Positions 35,565 to 36,097 of a stretch of DNA of 36,097 bases are shown here, piece by piece. Under the pieces are notes generated by a model. That model searched no databases. It was given only the letters and a program-made list of their open reading frames with translations, and had not been told where the DNA came from. The stretch is from Candidatus Saccharimonadales bacterium (GTDB taxonomy: Bacteria > Patescibacteriota > Saccharimonadia > Saccharimonadales > SZUA-47), in the NCBI GenBank assembly GCA_047611885.1, contig JBLFWT010000001.1:1-36097 (forward strand). Reading direction: 5' to 3'. A program made the position numbers and the translations under genes. Every line of letters begins with the position of its first letter. Position 1 is the stretch's first letter.

Positions 35565-35593
35565 ATACTTAAGAAATAGGAGTTAGAGAGTTT

Positions 35594-35818
35594 ATGCCTC
35601 AGTTTATGTACCACCTTAGAAGTCCTGAAGTACAGCCAGAGAGTGGAGAAGTAGGGCCAGAAACTCCAGTATGTATCAAATCTATCGAGGGATTCTTGCC
35701 TTCAGCTACTGCGCCTTGTGAGCTCGCAGATACATGCACATACGAAGTTGCTACGAACAGGATAGTTTCTGTACAAATGGCTACTGGCACTTGTGCTTTG
35801 GCTGCTCTAGGTGAATAG
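35594..35818 (+). CDS. Hypothetical small protein (74 aa, 4 Cys), divergent from the polymerase gene
   Basis: An AGGAG SD lies 10 nt upstream and a near-consensus promoter precedes it. I recognise no family. An antisense ORF of similar size also exists, so coding status is uncertain. Confidence 0.45.
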   Translation: MPQFMYHLRSPEVQPESGEVGPETPVCIKSIEGFLPSATAPCELADTCTYEVATNRIVSVQMATGTCALAALGE

Positions 35819-35831
35819 TGGTTAATACCTG

Positions 35832-36097
35832 CTAATAGTTGACGTTATTAGAGCCGGCCATCATGTATTCTTGTAGCGTCCAGTTTAGGCTGTTAGCGTT
35901 AAATAGTAATTTAAAGTACGTTGTTTCATCTCTATCGGTAATAGAGAAGTGGTGTAGGACGTTTAGCCCTTTTTTTGTTTTGTGATAGAAGTCTATCTTG
36001 CCTAGACGATAATCTATGCCTTGCCAAGTTAATATTTCTGGCTTGAATATCTTCTTCTGTTTAGAATATATTGATAGAACCGATACAGGTTCGTTTA
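35832..36097 (-). CDS. Hypothetical protein, C-terminal 87 codons (5' end lies outside the window)
   Basis: My manual translation of the minus strand is open from the window edge to a TAG at 35832-35834 (...KIFKPEILTWQGIDYRLGKIDFYHKTKKGLNVLHHFSITDRDETTYFKLLFNANSLNWTLQEYMMAGSNNVNY). It is absent from the ORF track because no start codon lies in the window. Confidence 0.5.
   Translation of the reverse strand, partial: NEPVSVLSIYSKQKKIFKPEILTWQGIDYRLGKIDFYHKTKKGLNVLHHFSITDRDETTYFKLLFNANSLNWTLQEYMMAGSNNVNY

Noticed and set aside
35485-35593. LexA/SOS box upstream of the Y-family polymerase.
   Set aside because: There is no CTGT-N8-ACAG or CGAAC-N4-GTTCG motif. Only a loose ACAGT-N20-ACTGT pair is present, which matches no LexA consensus I know. 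It is noted in the findings as a generic inverted pair only.
35599-35790. The minus-strand 63-aa ORF opposite the small ORF at 35594-35818.
   Set aside because: I see no promoter or SD on that strand, whereas the plus-strand ORF has both. Neither ORF has recognisable homology, so this is a weak preference rather than a firm exclusion.
1-36097. Alternative genetic code with UGA as a sense codon, as in some CPR lineages.
   Set aside because: All conserved genes are full-length under the standard code with no in-frame TGA. Reading through the rpsQ TGA would add a long non-homologous tail across rplN. TGA is therefore a rarely used stop.
1-36097. CRISPR arrays, rRNA genes, transposases or integrases, and inteins or introns in the large conserved genes.
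   Set aside because: I saw no regularly spaced repeats of 24-40 bp and no rRNA-like sequence. I recognised no transposase or integrase motif in any ORF. fusA, tuf, secY, typA and rpoA have normal, uninterrupted lengths.

Overview
The window looks like a small-genome, roughly 43% GC bacterium, probably Patescibacteria/CPR and possibly Saccharibacteria-like. That placement is an inference from gene content and from rpsE abutting rplO with no L30 gene. Nt 1-23236 form one co-directional translation block: rpoC (3' part), rpsL, rpsG, fusA, an inserted ORF, tuf, rpsJ, two inserted membrane ORFs, then rplC through rplO, secY, infA, rpmJ (missed by the ORF track), rpsM, rpsK, rpsD, rpoA, rplQ, rplM and rpsI. 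Next come trpS, an RluA-family pseudouridine synthase, a holB-like gene and a TPR protein. A tRNA island follows with Tyr-GTA and Thr-TGT on the minus strand and Thr-GGT on the plus strand, then rpmG. After that come a three-gene minus-strand glycogen-type operon (synthase-like GT, GH57, GH15), typA, a UmuC-like Y-family polymerase, a small Cys-containing ORF and a partial ORF running off the 3' end. The four most unusual observations are these. (1) A 183-aa ORF between fusA and tuf carries an HxD...H...R pattern typical of prolyl-hydroxylase-like 2OG-Fe(II) oxygenases. (2) The polymerase gene carries a 25-bp inverted repeat (24/25 identical) near its two ends, a perfect 14-nt tandem repeat in its first 20 codons, and several ATTGNNN heptad arrays. 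(3) About 49 bp covering the tRNA-Tyr 3' end plus its terminator are duplicated around a roughly 97-nt segment with a GC-rich hairpin core. (4) Stop codon use is skewed: 23 TAG, 26 TAA and 1 TGA among 50 CDS. All functional calls rest on motif recognition by eye, with no database search or structure prediction.
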